Assembly (NCBI GenBank): GCA_011109175.1
Contig: RDEW01000008.1
Span: 815,954 to 879,953 of the forward strand
DNA: 64,000 nucleotides
Direction: 5' to 3'
From: Dicyema japonicum
Lineage: Eukaryota > Animalia > Dicyemida
Part shown: positions 59,467 to 64,000 of the stretch, in pieces
Layout: each line of letters starts with the position of its first letter
How positions within the stretch are numbered: position 1 is the first letter of the stretch
The notes under the pieces: generated by a model
What the model was told of the DNA's origin: nothing
Seen by the model: only the letters and a program-made list of their open reading frames with translations
The model's database searches: none
Made by a program: the position numbers and the translations under genes

Positions 59467-60821
59467 ATGCGTGAGATATTGCATCTACAAGCCGGTCAGT
59501 GTGGCAACCAAATAGGATCTAAGGTAGATTTATGGATCTAATTCCAGTTTTGGGAAGTTATATCAGATGAGCACGGGATAGACCCTACAGGATCTTACTT
59601 TGGTGATTCTGATCTACAATTAGAGCGGATTAATGTGTACTACAACGAAGCTTCTGGAGGCAAATATGTACCACGGGCGATCCTAGTGGATCTAGAACCC
59701 GGAACAATGGACGCTGTCCGTAGTGGACCCTTTGGGCAGATGTTCCGTCCTGACAACTTCGTCTTCGGACAATCAGGAGCTGGAAACAACTGGGCCAAGG
59801 GACACTACACGGAAGGAGCCGAACTTGTGGACTCAGTTCTTGACGTAGTACGCAAGGAGGCCGAATCCTGCGACGCCATGCAGGGATTCCAGCTCACACA
59901 TTCACTCGGAGGTGGTACTGGCTCTGGAATGGGCTCACTGATAATCCACAGAGTGAGAGAAGAGTACCCCGACCGTATAATGAATACGTTTTCTGTGTTA
60001 CCGTCACCTAAAGTGAGTGACACAGTCGTCGAACCGTACAACGCCACCCTCTCCATCCACCAATTGGTTGAGTATACGGATCAAACTTATTGCATTGACA
60101 ACGAGGCACTCTACGACATTTGCTTCAGGACTCTACGGCTCGGTACTCCTACATATGGAGATCTTAACCACCTCGTCTCATCTACAATGTCAGGGGTTAC
60201 CACTTGTTTGAGATTTCCGGGTCAACTGAATGCTGATTTACGTAAGTTGGCAGTGAATATGGTACCGTTTCCGCGACTCCATTTTTTCGTTCCTGGATTT
60301 GCCCCGTTGACCTCAAAGGGCTCCCAACAATACCGTTCTTTGTCAGTGGCTGAGATAACCCAACAGATGTTCGACGCTAAGAACATGATGACTGCATGTG
60401 ACCCAAGGCATGGACGGTACCTTACCGTAGCTGCAATCTACCGGGGGAGGATGTCCATGAAGGACGTAGATGAACAGATTCTGAGCATTCAGACTAAGAA
60501 CAGCAGCTACTTTGTTGAATGGATCCCCAATAACGTAAAGACTGCGGTGTGTGATATTCCCCACGTGGATTGAAGATGTCTGGGACCTTCATAGGAAACA
60601 CTACTGCCATTCAGGATATATTTAAGAGAGTATCTGAACAGTTTACTGCCATGTTCAGAAGGAAGGCTTTCTTACATTGGTATACCGGAGAAGGAATGGA
60701 TGAGATGGAGTTTGCCGAAGCAGAATCGAATATGCAGGATTTGGTGACTGAGTATCAACAGTATCAGGATGTTGCTTTTGATGAGGATTTAGATGAGGAA
60801 GAAGACGAAGAGGCTGTTTAA
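59467..60821 (+). CDS. TUBB: Beta-tubulin, one 24-nt intron (59524-59547) and one apparent 1-nt deletion at 60559-60562
   Basis: [19 protein letters not shown]|[35 protein letters not shown][P][12 protein letters not shown]..acidic tail; otherwise near-invariant sequence. Confidence 0.97.
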
Positions 60822-61999
60822 TTTTTGTTGCTTTGATTTTTGGTTTTCTTACTTGATTGTTCTTGTTCATTTAATTTTTATTCTTTAAAATTATTTGATC
60901 TGCTTCATTTTTTGTCATTTCTTTTCAATTTGTATTTTCCTTTTAATTTGCCTATTGTTGCGGAATTGCTATCTTGTTATTATAATTTTTAACTAGATTG
61001 CTGAATATTCATGGATTATTGAATAATTCGACAACATTGATGATAAAATATGACTCAGTAGAGTCTTTCATCAAGCTATGGCAATGCAGTGGCAACCTAT
61101 ATCCACTACAAGCGGACTATTTGGTAGTTGTTTGGTAAGGGAGAGTGGTCGTCTATGTTCGCTACAATATGGGCAGTTTTCTCCACGAGCATGTGACTCA
61201 CATGATAACCTATGGGAGCTTTTGGTAGCTACCTTCTTTTAGTGACCGGTTTCATTCACCTAAAGAGACCGGTGTCAAATAGATAATGCAGTGATAAAAT
61301 AGAATGGATTCACTAAGAATCAATGAAAAACGACGTGAAAAGTCTAATCTCGGAAATTAAGTGAAAGCCACATCCAATAGGACTCTTCACGAAGATAATT
61401 GCCTACAAGTTCATTCTTTACTAGTCAATTATATTTATTTACTGCTTATTGAGGTAAATTAAGTTGCTGTGGTAAGGGTAAGGGAAATAAGTTGAGTCTG
61501 TTAGCTATAAATGTAGAAAGTTTTCTCGACGAGCAGGTGACCCATATAAAAGCCAAGTTAACGTGGTGTATAAACCAGTTCAATAACTTAAGTAATTATC
61601 CTTAACCACCAAATCAACATCAAAGCTCACATTAGCAAATAATGCAACGAGCAAAGTTCAAGGTCATTTAATGCGACTGATGAGCGAACATCATTCTAAA
61701 ATCACTCCAAACATCTCAGCGAAAGTCTGTCCTCTTCTGCCAGGTACCTGCTCCTTGTGTTATCTTCGGGTACACAGCGCTAGAATTATTAATTATCAAG
61801 TAATAATCAAAACAGCAGTCATTTGATAACTTTTATCTGTTAATTAGCATTGCTACGTGTTATCAATCATTTGATGATAATTTGTACCGCACCATATTGA
61901 TTAAACATCCAGTCCATCTCAAACCGCATGTAATCAGAGGCTTTATTTAACGAGGAATTACCTCGGTAGAGGGCTACGCCCAATCTCTCTTCTAAGTGA

Positions 62000-62880
62000 G
62001 AAGATGTTATATGGATTTTTTTGCATGATTTGAAACTCAGAAGTACTGTTTGCAGTAGAAGTGCCGCAATTTTTCAAGCCGAAATTTCGGAGAAAACACA
62101 TTTGGCATTAATCGAAGAATTTCTAAGGCACGAGTATTCTGTTTGCGACACTTCTGAGTTGGATATAAAATTGATATCGAACATGAAAAAAGAAGGTTTA
62201 ATGAATCAAATAAGATTGAAGAGTCTTCATTCCGTTATTTATAAGAATTTGTTGGAGGATTATATGAATACATACATTCCTCCCATTGGCTTATAAATGG
62301 GAATAACTCCCCAAGGTAGGTAGCCTTATTCTGCCTTATTCAAGGTAGGAATCTGTTCTTTGGAGAACAAAATGCAATGTGCACTTTGTAAAAAATGGAA
62401 GAAGACCGTGGATCATTGTGCCACAAGGTTTGAAAAGATGTTGCATGGGGATTATGTAAGAAGACATAACTAAGTCGTGAGGTGTCTACATTTCCACTTT
62501 TTCAGAGAGTTTGGTCTCAAAACGAGAAGAAACTGAGGAGAGGTCAAGCAAGATTGTCCCGATTGTACTCACTTGGAATGGTCTAGTGACTTCACATTCG
62601 TGGAAGTATGCAAGAGCTTTGAATATACGTGAAAGAACGTATGCGTATGTTAATCGCTGGTAATCAAGAAGACTTTGGAGAGTATTATTGTATCATATCG
62701 GAACGAAGTCGACGTTTCGCGGCATTATAAGCTTAATGAATGGATAAAGGATATTTACTCTCGGTCTGATTATGAAGAAATTCAAGAAAAGAGTGTGAGT
62801 GAAGAAAATGACTGTGACAATTGGGTTTACTCCCATAGTTGCTCGAAGAGGAAAACGAATTGGATAGAGAACATTTTAAT
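62000..62880 (+). mobile_element. R4/Dong/NeSL-like RLE retrotransposon C-terminal remnant
   Basis: QCALCKKWKKTVDHCATRFEKMLHGDYVRRHNxVVRCLHFHF matches the CxxC..TxxH..YxxRHxxV zinc-knuckle region of R4-type elements; stops present. Confidence 0.6.
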
Positions 62881-63700
62881 TTTTTTTATTATATAGATTT
62901 TTTTGAGGAAGTTTGCTGCGTGGATTGCGAACGAGTTCCCTATGGCCATTCCAATCTTTTGTCTTATCCATAACCCTTCTCGTTGATTCCCTTTTCTTTC
63001 TGGCAAGCAATCCTCCAAGTTCTCGCAAAAACTCAGCCGTCATTGGACAAACGGCTCCGATGATTCGGTCGCAACAGGAGTAATCCCCGAGGCAAGAATA
63101 TTTCTTGATTTTTAAGTTCTCCGTAGTCGAAGCAGCTGCTCCAGGTGTCTGAACCGATTTGAAAATAATCGTGCTTGAGAACGTGTATACACAAGTTGCG
63201 TCCTAGACCAAAGATCTTCCAGACGTGAAGGGGAAATGAGATCATCCCGTCAGGTCTCTTTCCATCTCCTAGATCAAGACCCACTGGTTCAAGCTGTGCT
63301 GGGAAGGTTGTAGCCTTCAGAGCTCTGACGATCACATCGTTAAGAGCAGCATGACGTGGTCCCCTTCCGGCGCTTCTTCTGCAGGACAGCGGGTGCAATC
63401 CCTTCGCATCGACTGTTTTTTCGTATCGGCATCGGTGCTCCTGGCAAACGTCTAGTCCCAGCCTTTGTCCGATTCCAATCCTCAAGGAATAGTCGTCCTA
63501 AAAGGTCCCGAGGTTTGGGCAAGGTATTGCATCAAACCATGCTCCACTCCCTCTACTTGAAGCTGACACCAAACAAGCCAGACGATGTTAATTTGCTTCT
63601 TTTTTAAGGTCTTCCAAAATTTTGTAGCAGACAATGTTATCCCAATTACAATGCTTTGTTGTGTCTTCGGGGATTTTGAGTCCGGACCCGTTCCATTTTA
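62880..63700 (-). mobile_element. CRE-clade retrotransposon 3' portion
   Basis: GSGAWFDAIPCPNLG..LRIGIGQRLGLDVCQEHRC..GLHPLSCRRSAGRGPRHAALNDVI..LEPVGLDLGDGKRPDG, ending WIRQKIGMAIGNS plus an A-rich tail. Confidence 0.8.
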
Positions 63701-64000
63701 ATTAGAATTAACCTTTTAAGATAAAATAAAACTTTTTGTTATTATTAATTTTTATCAAAATTTAAATCAAGTTAATTCAAACCAGTATGAATCCTCCTAA
63801 CAAACTTATATAATCAATATTTAATTTCGTGTAACCTTGAAGGTACATTGAACACCTGAACACGCCGCATGGCGCCATGTGGTGCTTCGTGGCTAATTGA
63901 TTGAAGTTTCTGTTTTGTTCGTCTGTTCATAATTCACTTAATTAGCGTGCGTTCATGTGGTTTGGCCTAGTCCGGTGGCGTCAGATACAAGTAAAAGTGT

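Noticed and set aside
6581-60821. Alternative genetic code or stop read-through to explain fragmented ORFs
   Set aside because: In-gene stops fall inside removable micro-introns or after homopolymer frameshifts, and TAA and TGA terminate the proteins at the expected positions.
59467-60821. Beta-tubulin as a pseudogene
   Set aside because: A single missing C in a run, with near-invariant protein on both sides and the same error type in three other genes, points to assembly error.
307-63607. Most 60-120 aa ORFs in the supplied track
   Set aside because: They are antisense or off-frame shadows of the genes and TEs listed, or fragments cut by micro-introns; none shows independent coding evidence.

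Overview
AT-rich eukaryotic nuclear DNA from a highly derived, compact-genome animal. The evidence is a metazoan-type gene set (Rb pocket protein, RASD/DIRAS-like GTPase, PPP1R3), the conserved codon-19 beta-tubulin intron, and about 30 GT-AG introns that are all only 21-26 nt long. By inference this is a myxozoan cnidarian or dicyemid-like parasite; the taxon cannot be proven from the sequence. Ten recognisable genes (Rb-family, AMPK gamma, SLC46-like MFS transporter, POP5, RASD-like GTPase, COX11, PPP1R3/CBM21, GALT, AMDHD2/NagA, beta-tubulin) and a few unidentified multi-exon genes lie singly or in tightly packed islands. Between them are decayed transposons: about nine CRE-clade RLE retrotransposon pieces (one with an N-terminal PHD-like finger), APE/RT LINEs, an R4-like piece, hAT elements (one triple-nested, with intact TSDs), Tc1 elements including a 673-bp derivative with 21-bp-repeat TIRs, a Ginger2/TDD-like integrase element and a tRNA-like SINE. 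At least six single-base deletions in homopolymer runs break four conserved genes; these are most likely long-read assembly errors. No CRISPR array, rRNA or bona fide tRNA was found. I see no clear-cut new biological system. The most striking biology is the micro-intron architecture. TE boundaries given without a TSD are approximate.
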